Part shown: piece after piece, positions 30,084 to 39,734 of the stretch
How positions within the stretch are numbered: position 1 is the stretch's first letter
How the letters are laid out: each line of letters starts with the position of its first letter
Virus record (IMG/VR): IMGVR_UViG_3300032293_001310
Coordinates: 17,404-81,403 of that record
Length of the DNA stretch: 64,000 nucleotides
Direction: 5' to 3' (one strand)
DNA from: a virus
The notes under the pieces: model-generated
The model's database searches: none
Told to the model about the DNA's origin: nothing
The model's input: the letters and a program-made list of their open reading frames with translations, nothing else
Position numbers and translations under genes: made by a program

Positions 30084-31151
30084 ATGCAGGAAGATACTAA
30101 AAAGAAATTTGCTTCTATATTTTCTCAGATAAAGTCTGAGCACGCCAACTTGCCTGTAAATACCAAGAAGGAAAAGAACAGCGACATACTTGTTGTAGAT
30201 GGTACCAATAACTTCATTCGTTGTTGGACTGTTGTTCCTACACTAAGTGATAATGGTGACCACGTTGGTGGAGTAACTGGATTTCTTACCAGTCTTGGAT
30301 ATGCTATAAAACTTCTTCGTCCTACAAGAGTTATTGTAGTATTTGACGGCAAAGGTGGAAGTCAGCGCCGCCGAGACATATATCCAGAATATAAGAACAA
30401 TCGTAAAGTATCTGTTCGTGTAAATAGAGCATATGAAGAAATGAGCGATCCTAAGACAGAACAGGAAGCGATGATTAATCAAATGGTAAAACTTATTGAT
30501 TTTCTTCGCAGCCTGCCTGTAAGTGTCATTTCTATTGATTATATAGAAGCAGACGATGCTATTGCTTATATATCCACACAGATGTATCCAACATCCAAGA
30601 TTACCATAATGAGCGGAGATAAGGACTTTATTCAACTTATCAATGATAGAGTATGTATCTGGAGTCCTATCAAAAAGAAGATATATGGCGTACAGGATGT
30701 AATCAATGAATATGGTGTTCATCCCACTAACTTTATTTACTATCGTATATTAGAAGGCGATACTTCTGATAATATTGATGGCGTCAAAGGAGTTGGACTC
30801 AAAACTGCCATCAAATGCTTTCCTATGCTTACAGAAAACAAGGAAACTTCAGTCGAAGAACTATTGCTTCGTGCCAAGGACTGTATAAACGAAAAGAAGA
30901 TATATTCAAGCATTGTGGAACATTCCAAGATATTGAATAGAAACTATATGCTTATGCAACTAAAGAACCCAAGTTTTGCAGGTTCGTTGCAAATGAAAAT
31001 ATCTGATGCTGTAGAGAATGTATATGACTACAACAAGTTTCATTTTATACAAAAACTTACAGCACACGGTATGCACTCCACTATACCAAACTATCACGTA
31101 TGGTTGCAGGAAGTATTCTATCCTTTGCACGTTATGGCAAAAACTGAATAA
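30084..31151 (+). CDS. 5'-3' exonuclease / T4 RNase H-like flap endonuclease
   Basis: VVDG, VVFDG, YPEYKNNR, EADDAI, SGDKDFIQL, GDTSDNIDGVKGVG. Confidence 0.92.
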   Translation: MQEDTKKKFASIFSQIKSEHANLPVNTKKEKNSDILVVDGTNNFIRCWTVVPTLSDNGDHVGGVTGFLTSLGYAIKLLRPTRVIVVFDGKGGSQRRRDIYPEYKNNRKVSVRVNRAYEEMSDPKTEQEAMINQMVKLIDFLRSLPVSVISIDYIEADDAIAYISTQMYPTSKITIMSGDKDFIQLINDRVCIWSPIKKKIYGVQDVINEYGVHPTNFIYYRILEGDTSDNIDGVKGVGLKTAIKCFPMLTENKETSVEELLLRAKDCINEKKIYSSIVEHSKILNRNYMLMQLKNPSFAGSLQMKISDAVENVYDYNKFHFIQKLTAHGMHSTIPNYHVWLQEVFYPLHVMAKTE

Positions 31152-31212
31152 TTTTTCTAAATCAAATTGACGAAACTCCAAATGCGTCGTAATATTCTAA
31201 ACATCATCATTT

Positions 31213-32610
31213 ATGGCTCCAGTAATCATCGACAACCTACACAAATATGGTCTTGACTTTCAGGTCAAAATCATCGCAAGCATCCTTACGGACAAGACGT
31301 TTCTTGAACGTGTTGTTGACATCATAGAGATTGATGCCTTTGAAAACGAGGCACATCGCTGGATTGTAAAGGAAATCATTCAATATCACGCGGAATATAA
31401 GGACTTGCCTACTATGCAAGTTTTCAAGGTGCGTGTTGATACTATTGAAAATGCCGACTTCAAGGCAACGGTGACAGATCACCTGAAGAGTGTTTATCTC
31501 AAGATCAGTGAAAAGGATCTACAGTTTGTGCGTGAGCAGTTTCTTGAGTTCTGCAAGAACCAGAAACTCAAGAACGCCATCATTGAGTCCGTCGATCACC
31601 TCAAGACAGGTGAATATGACAAGATCAAGGGTCTTGTTGATAAGGCAATGAAGGCGGGTATGGAACGCAATCTCGGTCATAACTATCACAAGGACGTTGC
31701 TACTCGTATGAGTGAAATGTGCCGCAACACCATTCCTACTGGATGGGATGTTATTGACTCTCTTATGGACGGCGGTCTTGGACCTGGCGAACTGGGCATT
31801 GTTGTTGCCCCTGCTGGCATTGGCAAGAGTTGGCTGCTGTGCAGTCTCGGTGCCAAGGCAATGAAACGTGGCAAGAACATCGCACACTTCACGCTTGAAC
31901 TGAATGAAAACTATGTTGGACTGCGATATGACTGCTGCTTTACACATATTGACTTTCAGGAAATCAAGCATCGCCAAGGCGAAGTTGAAGATATCATCAA
32001 GAAGATTGACGGTAAGTTGTTTGTGAAGTATTTTCCGCTAAAGACGGTCAGTGCTCAATCGCTCAAGTTTCATATTGAACGTATTCAGGCACTTGAGAAT
32101 GTCAAAATCAATGAAATGATTGTTGATTATGCCGATATTCTTCGTCCACAGGAAAAGGAAAAGAACAGCAACAGTTATAGTGAGGCTGGAAATATCTATG
32201 AAGAACTGCGTCAAGTTGCAGGAGAACTACAGATTCCCGTTTGGACTGCTTCGCAAACAAACCGAAGCGGCGGTCAGGAAGACGTTGTTCAGGCACATAA
32301 TATCGCTGACTCGTATCGTAAGATTATGACCGCAGACTTTGTGTTCAGCGTAACACGAAACGTGCAAGACAAAGCCAACAATACCGCTCGTTGTCATGTC
32401 ATCAAGAACCGCTTTGGTCCTGACGGCATTACTTTGTATGCCAAAATGAATACAGGCAATGGAGATATTGAAATTTACGATGCCAAGTCAAAGGAAGCAA
32501 TGGCTATTCAGTCCGGTATGGAAGACGATGAGTCTTCTATGAAGACAATGTTGAAGAATAAATGGAATAGTTCTCGCCAGAATCAAAATGGCGAAAACGT
32601 TAATTTGTGA
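31213..32610 (+). CDS. dnaB: Replicative DNA helicase (DnaB/T4 gp41-like)
   Basis: GELGIVVAPAGIGKS, FTLEL, VDYAD, WTASQTNR, IKNRFGP. Confidence 0.92.
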   Translation: MAPVIIDNLHKYGLDFQVKIIASILTDKTFLERVVDIIEIDAFENEAHRWIVKEIIQYHAEYKDLPTMQVFKVRVDTIENADFKATVTDHLKSVYLKISEKDLQFVREQFLEFCKNQKLKNAIIESVDHLKTGEYDKIKGLVDKAMKAGMERNLGHNYHKDVATRMSEMCRNTIPTGWDVIDSLMDGGLGPGELGIVVAPAGIGKSWLLCSLGAKAMKRGKNIAHFTLELNENYVGLRYDCCFTHIDFQEIKHRQGEVEDIIKKIDGKLFVKYFPLKTVSAQSLKFHIERIQALENVKINEMIVDYADILRPQEKEKNSNSYSEAGNIYEELRQVAGELQIPVWTASQTNRSGGQEDVVQAHNIADSYRKIMTADFVFSVTRNVQDKANNTARCHVIKNRFGPDGITLYAKMNTGNGDIEIYDAKSKEAMAIQSGMEDDESSMKTMLKNKWNSSRQNQNGENVNL

Positions 32611-32698
32611 GAAAATTTTGTAAAATTTTTTTGCATAATTTATTTTTTATAACACGTATTTATTCTCCACACAATAATACCAAGCGGAGGAAATTTTT

Positions 32699-33673
32699 AT
32701 GACAATCTTTGACGAACAAATCGCTCGTAAGCCAAATCGCTATCCTTGGGCACAAGAATATATTGATGCCATGTGGGCTGGACATTGGACTCCAAACGAG
32801 TTCACATTCACATCCGACTTACAGCAATACAAAACCGAACTAACTCCGCAAGAGCAGGTCATTATCAAGAATGCTTTGAGTGCAATCGGACAGATAGAAA
32901 TATCTGTAAAGAAATTTTGGACGAAACTTGGTGATACACTACCACATCCAGCATTATCTGATCTTGGTATTACTATGGGCAATATTGAAGTTATTCATAA
33001 CAATGCATATGAAAAACTATTGGATGTGCTACAAATGCAGGATGTATTTGAAGAGAACCTCAAGCTTGATATTATTCAAGGCCGTGTAAAGTATCTACGC
33101 AAGTATCTTGACAAGGTATATACAGACAATCGTAAGCAGTATATATACTCGCTGATTCTTTTTACACTTTATGTAGAAAACGTGTCTCTATTTAGCCAGT
33201 TTTATATTATCAATTGGTTCAATCGTTATAAAGGATTATTGAAGGATACGGCTCAACAAGTCGCATATACGGCAAAGGAAGAAACACTACACGGTCTGGC
33301 CGGTGGAAAGATTGTAAATACTATTCGTCAAGAATTGCCAGAATTGTTTGACGCTGAACTTGAAGAAAAAATTATCCACGAAGCACGGGAATCATATAAT
33401 GCTGAATGCAAACTTATTGATTGGATGATCGGTGATTATGCTGATGAAAAGATTAGTGCAGATATTCTGAAAGGTTATGTTCAGCGTCGTCTAAATGATT
33501 CACTTGAGATGATTGGCTTCAGAAAAATATTTGATGTGCCGCAAAGCATTATTGAGTTGACTACTTGGATGGATGAGGATGTAATGGGTAATACTATGAC
33601 TGATTTCTTCCATAAGAGGCCGGTCGAATATGCAAAGAAAACACAGTCTATACAAGCAGACGACCTATTTTAA
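32699..33673 (+). CDS. nrdB: Ribonucleotide reductase class I, small subunit
   Basis: Di-metal ligands EVIH and EETLH, radical Tyr in NAY, TDFFHKRPVEY. Confidence 0.93.
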   Translation: MTIFDEQIARKPNRYPWAQEYIDAMWAGHWTPNEFTFTSDLQQYKTELTPQEQVIIKNALSAIGQIEISVKKFWTKLGDTLPHPALSDLGITMGNIEVIHNNAYEKLLDVLQMQDVFEENLKLDIIQGRVKYLRKYLDKVYTDNRKQYIYSLILFTLYVENVSLFSQFYIINWFNRYKGLLKDTAQQVAYTAKEETLHGLAGGKIVNTIRQELPELFDAELEEKIIHEARESYNAECKLIDWMIGDYADEKISADILKGYVQRRLNDSLEMIGFRKIFDVPQSIIELTTWMDEDVMGNTMTDFFHKRPVEYAKKTQSIQADDLF

Positions 33674-33678
33674 TATAT

Positions 33679-35328
33679 ATGAGTAAGGACATTTATTGGC
33701 TGAACAAGGACAGCATCACATTCCTTGAAAGAGGATATTTGCCTAAAGGGCAGACCGCAGAAGAAAGAATCCACGAGATTTCCAAGGCTGCGGAAAAAAT
33801 CCTAAAAAAGAAAGGATTCGCTGAAAAGTTCGAGTCCTATATGCACAAAGGATGGTATTCATTGTCATCTCCTGTTTGGGCAAACTTTGGAAATGGACGC
33901 GGACTGTCTATTTCTTGCAACGGTTCATATGTGTCTGACACTATGAATGCCATTCTTGAAAAGACCGCTGAAGTTGGTATGCTTACTAAATATGGTGCTG
34001 GCACATCTGGTTATTTTGGCGACCTTCGTAGCAGAGGTACGCCTATTAGCGTAGGTGGTACAAGTTCTGGTCCTGTTCATTTTATGGAAATGTTTGATGC
34101 GGTTACTCGCGTAGTATCGCAGTCAAATGTACGCCGTGGCAGTTTTGCGGCGTATCTTCCCATTGAACATCCAGATATTATGGAGTTTCTTGGTATTCGT
34201 GAAGAAGGTCATGCGATTCAAGACTTGAGTATTGGCGTTTGCGTCAGTAACAAGTTTATGAAGAAGATGATTGAAGGCGACAAAGATGCTCGTGCTGTTT
34301 GGGCCAAAGTGCTCAAGAAGCGGTTTGAGTCTGGCTATCCATATATTTTCTTCAGCGATAATGTAAATGATAATGCTCCTGATGTATATAAGGACAAGAA
34401 GATGAAGATTCACGCTTCTAATCTATGTTCTGAAATCTGCCTTAGTTCTTCTGCTGAAGAAACATTCGTGTGCAATCTATCTTCTATGAATCTACTTCAT
34501 TATGAAGACTGGAAGAGCACGGACGCTGTAGAAACAATGACATACTTCCTTGATGCGGTTATGGAAGATTATATTCAGGCAACTGAAAATATTCCTTTCC
34601 TAAAGGCTGCTCATACATTTGCCAAGAATCAGCGAGCACTCGGCATCGGTGTTCTTGGATGGCATTCATTCCTACAAAGCAAGATGATTCCATTCGAGAG
34701 TATGGAAGCAAAGATGCTGAATACTCAAATCCATAAGGTCATTCGTGACAAGAGTTATGCTGCCAGTAAGGAAATGGCTAAGGAATATGGTGAGCCACCG
34801 TTGCTGAAGGGATATGGTCGCCGTAATGTTACTACAATGGCGATTGCTCCAACAACAAGCAGTTCATTTATTCTTGGTCAAGTCTCACCAAGTATCGAGC
34901 CGTTGAATAGTAATTATTATACAAAAGATTTGGCCAAAGGTAAGTTTACTTATCGCAATCCATATCTTGAAGCAGTACTTGAAAAGCACGGCAAGAACAA
35001 TGCAGATACTTGGAAAAGCATTCTTCTCAAGGGTGGCTCTGTTCAACATCTTGAGTTCTTGTCAGAACACGAAAAGGATGTATTCAAGACGTTTGGAGAG
35101 ATTAGTCAAAAAGAAGTCATTATTCAGGCTTCTGCTCGTCAAAAGTATATTGACCAAGGTCAATCAGTAAATCTAATGATTCATCCTAAGACTCCCGTCA
35201 AAGATGTAAATCAACTGCTTATATTTGCTTGGGAACAGGGTATAAAGTGCCTTTACTACCAGCGTGGCACAAACCCAGCACAAGAACTGGGCAGAAGCAT
35301 TCTTGAATGTAAGAGTTGCGAAGCCTAA
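33679..35328 (+). CDS. nrdA: Ribonucleotide reductase class I, large subunit
   Basis: ISCN, RRGS, SNLCSEI, FVCNLSS, APTTSSS, KCLYY, C-terminal CKSCEA. Confidence 0.95.
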   Translation: MSKDIYWLNKDSITFLERGYLPKGQTAEERIHEISKAAEKILKKKGFAEKFESYMHKGWYSLSSPVWANFGNGRGLSISCNGSYVSDTMNAILEKTAEVGMLTKYGAGTSGYFGDLRSRGTPISVGGTSSGPVHFMEMFDAVTRVVSQSNVRRGSFAAYLPIEHPDIMEFLGIREEGHAIQDLSIGVCVSNKFMKKMIEGDKDARAVWAKVLKKRFESGYPYIFFSDNVNDNAPDVYKDKKMKIHASNLCSEICLSSSAEETFVCNLSSMNLLHYEDWKSTDAVETMTYFLDAVMEDYIQATENIPFLKAAHTFAKNQRALGIGVLGWHSFLQSKMIPFESMEAKMLNTQIHKVIRDKSYAASKEMAKEYGEPPLLKGYGRRNVTTMAIAPTTSSSFILGQVSPSIEPLNSNYYTKDLAKGKFTYRNPYLEAVLEKHGKNNADTWKSILLKGGSVQHLEFLSEHEKDVFKTFGEISQKEVIIQASARQKYIDQGQSVNLMIHPKTPVKDVNQLLIFAWEQGIKCLYYQRGTNPAQELGRSILECKSCEA

Positions 35329-35346
35329 TATTATAAAAACACACAT

Positions 35347-35372
35347 AACCGCCATTAATACGGCGGTTTTTT
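35347..35372 (+). terminator. Intrinsic terminator
   Basis: AACCGCC/GGCGGTT stem with T-tract. Confidence 0.8.
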
Positions 35373-35417
35373 GTTATATAATACTATTTATATATTAAAC
35401 CATATATACATCTATTT

Positions 35418-36125
35418 ATGAATCGTGAACTTCTAAAAAAAGCCATCAAAAAGTTAGTATTACAAGAAATCACCAACAATCAGTTTGGTACACCTATTCA
35501 TTCAGATAAGAAGGATTTGACTGGCGAAAAAGCACTGACCAATGCAATGGGCAAGGACGCCAACGTAATGAAAATTCGTGGCACAGGAAAAACCGCAGGA
35601 GTGAAGGGGAATCAAGAAGTTCAACTAAGCAAAAACTGCGATCATTGCTATGATGTAGTATCTGTCACCAACGAGTCAGAAAGAAAGATTGCCCGTGGTA
35701 TTTCGCTTGAAGCGGCAATGGAACTTGTAAAGCAGCACGCCGAAAGTTCAGACAAGACATATGTTCAAAGAGCATATGACAAGAGCCTCAAAGGATTCGG
35801 CAAGAAGCCAGCCAAAAAAGAAGAAGCCAATGAAGCCGACAAAATGGACGATGCCGACGAAGAAACGCAACTTGATATTGCCGATGATACTACTGAAAAG
35901 GCGGACGTTAAAGCGGACAAAGACACTTCTCCTATCAATAAAGACATTGCTCCTGCTCTCGGTGGAAATATTGTTGACAAGATTGAAAGGATTGTAGATA
36001 AGGTATTAAAAGATAAAGCAGACGCCAAGTCGGCATATCTAAAACGAGACAAAAGTACAGAGAGCCCAGACAAACTATCTGTAAAACTAAAAGACACTCC
36101 TGCTCTAAAAGAAAAAAAACCATAA
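35418..36125 (+). CDS. Hypothetical protein, probable head-packaged protein
   Basis: MNRELLKKAIKKLVLQE N-terminus; TATTTATA upstream. Confidence 0.7.
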   Translation: MNRELLKKAIKKLVLQEITNNQFGTPIHSDKKDLTGEKALTNAMGKDANVMKIRGTGKTAGVKGNQEVQLSKNCDHCYDVVSVTNESERKIARGISLEAAMELVKQHAESSDKTYVQRAYDKSLKGFGKKPAKKEEANEADKMDDADEETQLDIADDTTEKADVKADKDTSPINKDIAPALGGNIVDKIERIVDKVLKDKADAKSAYLKRDKSTESPDKLSVKLKDTPALKEKKP

Positions 36126-36126
36126 T

Positions 36127-36558
36127 ATGAAACAAAAAAGCATTATCAATGACACTTTCGAAAAGCATAAAAAACTGGTGCTTGAGCATTTGAATGAAAG
36201 ACGCAGAGTTCCTACAAGAGTAAATACAACATTTGACACGACTGTAAATATAAACCCAAAGAAATTAGGAAAAAATTTACCTGAACAACAGGAAATTAAA
36301 GTTGAAGTATACGCTGAAGGAAAATACGCTGATGCCAGTTTTGACCATGAATTCGGAACATATGATCCGGGAAGTGGTTATGAGATTACCAAGGTAATAG
36401 TAACCGCAAAAGAAAATACATATGTATTTAATGAAGAAGGAAATCAAACAAATGAGATATTATTTAATGCTGGAGACACTATAGATCAAAACTCCATAGT
36501 ATCTGACATAGACGATGAGATTCGTACAAATCTGGATAGTGCAGGAAGCGATTACTGA
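36127..36558 (+). CDS. Hypothetical protein
   Basis: 143-aa ORF coupled to the previous gene. Confidence 0.65.
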   Translation: MKQKSIINDTFEKHKKLVLEHLNERRRVPTRVNTTFDTTVNINPKKLGKNLPEQQEIKVEVYAEGKYADASFDHEFGTYDPGSGYEITKVIVTAKENTYVFNEEGNQTNEILFNAGDTIDQNSIVSDIDDEIRTNLDSAGSDY

Positions 36559-36585
36559 TAATTATTAATAATCAACAACTTAAAG

Positions 36586-36613
36586 ACCCCACACAAAAAA
36601 TGTGGGGTTTTTT
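36586..36613 (+). terminator. Intrinsic terminator
   Basis: ACCCCACA/TGTGGGGT stem with T-tract; immediately followed by a TTGACT promoter. Confidence 0.8.
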
Positions 36614-36651
36614 ATTGACTTCATATAAAAAGTGTACCATAGTACATAAAT

Positions 36652-37599
36652 ATGAATAAGATTAAAAAGAATATGCCCACCGACACCAAGACGTTTATTG
36701 ACCAGTCTGCCGACATCAAACCCAGCAAACTGTACATGAAGGATATCAAGTGGAAGTATCTCGTTCGCAGTGCTTTGCGGGGCAAAAACATTCTTATCGT
36801 TGGTCCTTCTGGTCACGGCAAGACGTTTGCCATTCAATGCCTCGTCGATGCCCTTGGTCGCCGCGACAACTATTTCTACATCAATATGGGTGCCACTCAA
36901 GACCCCCGTGCGTCTTTGATCGGTAATACTCACTTCAACAAGGAGTCTGGTACTCTGTTTGACGAGTCTCCCTTTATCAAGGCTATTCGTACTCCCAATA
37001 CCATCATTCATCTCGATGAACTTTCCCGAGCCCACCCCGATGCTTGGAACATTTTGCTCACTCCGCTCGATTACATCCAACGTTATGTTCGTTTGGATGA
37101 AAAACTTGGCAGTGAAAAGGTGCAGGTCGCCGACGGCGTGTGCTTTATTGCTACAGCGAACGTGGGCAACGAATATACTGCTACCCGCGTGATGGACAAG
37201 GCTTTGCTTGATCGTTTCACCGTCAAGATTGAGGTTGACATTCTCTCGCAGAATACAGAGATGGAACTCATCAAGACCCACTGCCCCGATGCCAATATGA
37301 ACACGATGTTGGCAGTCACGGAGATTGCTGCTGCTACCCGTGAGTTTGCTTCGCAAGGCAAGTTGAGCAAGTTCATCTCTACTCGTAGTGTCAAGGAAAT
37401 GGCTGAACTTACTGTTGACGGATTCAACCTTACCGAACTTGCTGATATGGTTATTTATCCAGATTATCCAGACGACGGCGGACTTGATTCTGAACGTACT
37501 CTGGTAAAACAGGTTGTGCAAAAGTATATCAGCACCGAGACCAACAACAATCTTTATACCGCTACTGCCAATACTGTTGACGGCAGCACCCCCTTCTAA
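36652..37599 (+). CDS. MoxR/CbbQ/NorQ-type AAA+ ATPase
   Basis: GPSGHGKT, IHLDELSR, FIATANVG, DKALLDRF, ISTR. Confidence 0.9.
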   Translation: MNKIKKNMPTDTKTFIDQSADIKPSKLYMKDIKWKYLVRSALRGKNILIVGPSGHGKTFAIQCLVDALGRRDNYFYINMGATQDPRASLIGNTHFNKESGTLFDESPFIKAIRTPNTIIHLDELSRAHPDAWNILLTPLDYIQRYVRLDEKLGSEKVQVADGVCFIATANVGNEYTATRVMDKALLDRFTVKIEVDILSQNTEMELIKTHCPDANMNTMLAVTEIAAATREFASQGKLSKFISTRSVKEMAELTVDGFNLTELADMVIYPDYPDDGGLDSERTLVKQVVQKYISTETNNNLYTATANTVDGSTPF

Positions 37600-37601
37600 T
37601 A

Positions 37602-39665
37602 ATGAAAAAGAAATACGCAGAGTATTCTAAGTTCTGGCTTGGTGAAGACTTTTCCAAAGAAAAGTTGGATGTAGATACTACATACGGACTTATCAAGTTG
37701 TCTGAATACCGCCGTGCTGTCAGTAACTTTGTGTATATTCTTACCGGCAAGAACATTCCCGTTCGTTTTGCCGAGAAGAGTACGTCAATGACTGACGGTA
37801 AGGTTGTGTATATTGGCGGTGAAATCTCCAAGGGTGAATTTGATCCTACGGTCGGCATTGCTCTGCACGAAGCCGCACATATCGTAAAGTCTGACTTTTC
37901 TCTTATCAAGACACTATGGGGCAAGATTCCCAACAATCTCGTCAAATCGGCCAATGGGTTGATGAACCACAATGATATTGGCGAACTTTGTAAGTATATT
38001 CTCAACGTCGTTGAAGATAGATACATCGATGCTTGGGCATATCAGATTGCTCCTGGCTATCGTGGTTATTATCATGCTCTGTATGATAGATATTTCAATC
38101 TTCCCGAGATTGGTCAGGCCATCCAGTCCGACAACTATCGTACTCCTACTCTTGCCAACTATAAGTTTCATTTTACAAACCTTGTAAATAAGAACTACGA
38201 TCCAGATGCTTTGCCTGGTCTTCGCAAGATTACGGAGATGCTGGATGTTAAGAACATTCTTAGAAATGAACTTTCTACTGCTGTGAGCAGGCGAGATCTT
38301 TCTATGGAGATCGTCGAAGAGATTATCAAGAATGTGATTGATGGTCACAATAACTCCAATTCTTCTCAAAAGAATAGCACCAAGTCAGAAGACGGTGATG
38401 ATTCTTCTTCTGATTTCCTTGGCGGAACTGAGGATTCGGTGGATAGTATTCCAGATTCCGATGATTCGGGGGACGGCGATGACGCTAATGGCGAAGACGA
38501 CTCGGATGATGCCGACAATACTGGCGATGGAGACAAAGAGGATACGGATAATGAAAAGTCCGATAAGCCTGCCAAGGCAGAGAAAAAAGTTTTGACCGAT
38601 AAGAAGATGGCTGCTATTGAAAAAATTATCAAGAAGCAAGAGTCTTTTATCAACAGAACCGCTGCTGTGTCTCCTTTCAAGAGCAAGGTTATCAGTAAGT
38701 TGAATACTCTTGAAAAGAGTGGCGTCAATATCGAAGTCGTTGGCGGAGAAGATGGTATTCCTCCCGTCGAGTGTATCGTTGTTACTAATCTTACAAAGGA
38801 ACTTATGAACTCCAACGAGTTTCCGTATACCAACGGCTATACGTCCTTACAAGAAAATATGATGGGGACTCGCGGAGTGCGTAGTGGAATTGCTATTGGT
38901 ACAATGCTTGGTCGCCGCCTACAAATCCGAAACGAAGTCAAGACTACAAAGTTTACCCGACAGGATAGTGGTAGAATTGACAAGCGACTGATTGCTTCTA
39001 TTGGCTATCAGAACGAAAACCTGTTCTATCAGACCAGCGTAGATAAGTACAAGAATGTTCATCTACATATTTCTGTTGATGCCTCTAGTTCAATGAGCAG
39101 CAAGTGGGAAAACACAATCTCTACCCTCGTCGCTATTGCCAAGGCTGCTAGTATGATCAACAACGTCTCTGTATCTATTTCTTTTAGAAGTGGAGTCAGA
39201 CTAAGCACCAGACAAAGTGAACTTCCTTATGTGGTAATCGCATATGATTCCAGAAAAGACAATTTTACCAAGATCACCAGCCTATTCCCGCTTCTTTTTC
39301 CTTCGGGTTCTACTCCAGAAGGTCTGGCGTTTCAGGCTATTCTGGAGCATATTCCGCAATCTACATATGAATCTGACTCGTACTTTGTGAATATTTCCGA
39401 CGGTGAGCCTGCGTTCAATATTGGCAATATTGTTTATGTTGATACAATTGCATCCAACCATACACGCAAGCAAGTTCGCAAGATGATGGAGAAGGGCACA
39501 GAAGTAATCAGTTATTATGTTGAAGCGGATAAATATAATACGGATAATAATGTAAAGAATTTCAAGAGCATGTACGGCAAAGATTCGCATTTCATTGATG
39601 TAAAGAATGTTGTGCAGATTGCTCATACGCTCAACAAGAAGTTTTTGTCTAAAGCAACTGCCTAA
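37602..39665 (+). CDS. HExxH metallopeptidase-like plus VWA domain protein (CobT/NorD-like partner of MoxR)
   Basis: LHEAAH, NVVEDRYI, acidic linker, MIDAS DASSSM, GSTPEG, ISDGEP. Confidence 0.85.
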   Translation: MKKKYAEYSKFWLGEDFSKEKLDVDTTYGLIKLSEYRRAVSNFVYILTGKNIPVRFAEKSTSMTDGKVVYIGGEISKGEFDPTVGIALHEAAHIVKSDFSLIKTLWGKIPNNLVKSANGLMNHNDIGELCKYILNVVEDRYIDAWAYQIAPGYRGYYHALYDRYFNLPEIGQAIQSDNYRTPTLANYKFHFTNLVNKNYDPDALPGLRKITEMLDVKNILRNELSTAVSRRDLSMEIVEEIIKNVIDGHNNSNSSQKNSTKSEDGDDSSSDFLGGTEDSVDSIPDSDDSGDGDDANGEDDSDDADNTGDGDKEDTDNEKSDKPAKAEKKVLTDKKMAAIEKIIKKQESFINRTAAVSPFKSKVISKLNTLEKSGVNIEVVGGEDGIPPVECIVVTNLTKELMNSNEFPYTNGYTSLQENMMGTRGVRSGIAIGTMLGRRLQIRNEVKTTKFTRQDSGRIDKRLIASIGYQNENLFYQTSVDKYKNVHLHISVDASSSMSSKWENTISTLVAIAKAASMINNVSVSISFRSGVRLSTRQSELPYVVIAYDSRKDNFTKITSLFPLLFPSGSTPEGLAFQAILEHIPQSTYESDSYFVNISDGEPAFNIGNIVYVDTIASNHTRKQVRKMMEKGTEVISYYVEADKYNTDNNVKNFKSMYGKDSHFIDVKNVVQIAHTLNKKFLSKATA

Positions 39666-39734
39666 TGTTATAATAAAAAGTATTTGACTTTATATATTAT
39701 GTCTCCATAATAGGTACATAATTAAGCAATACCT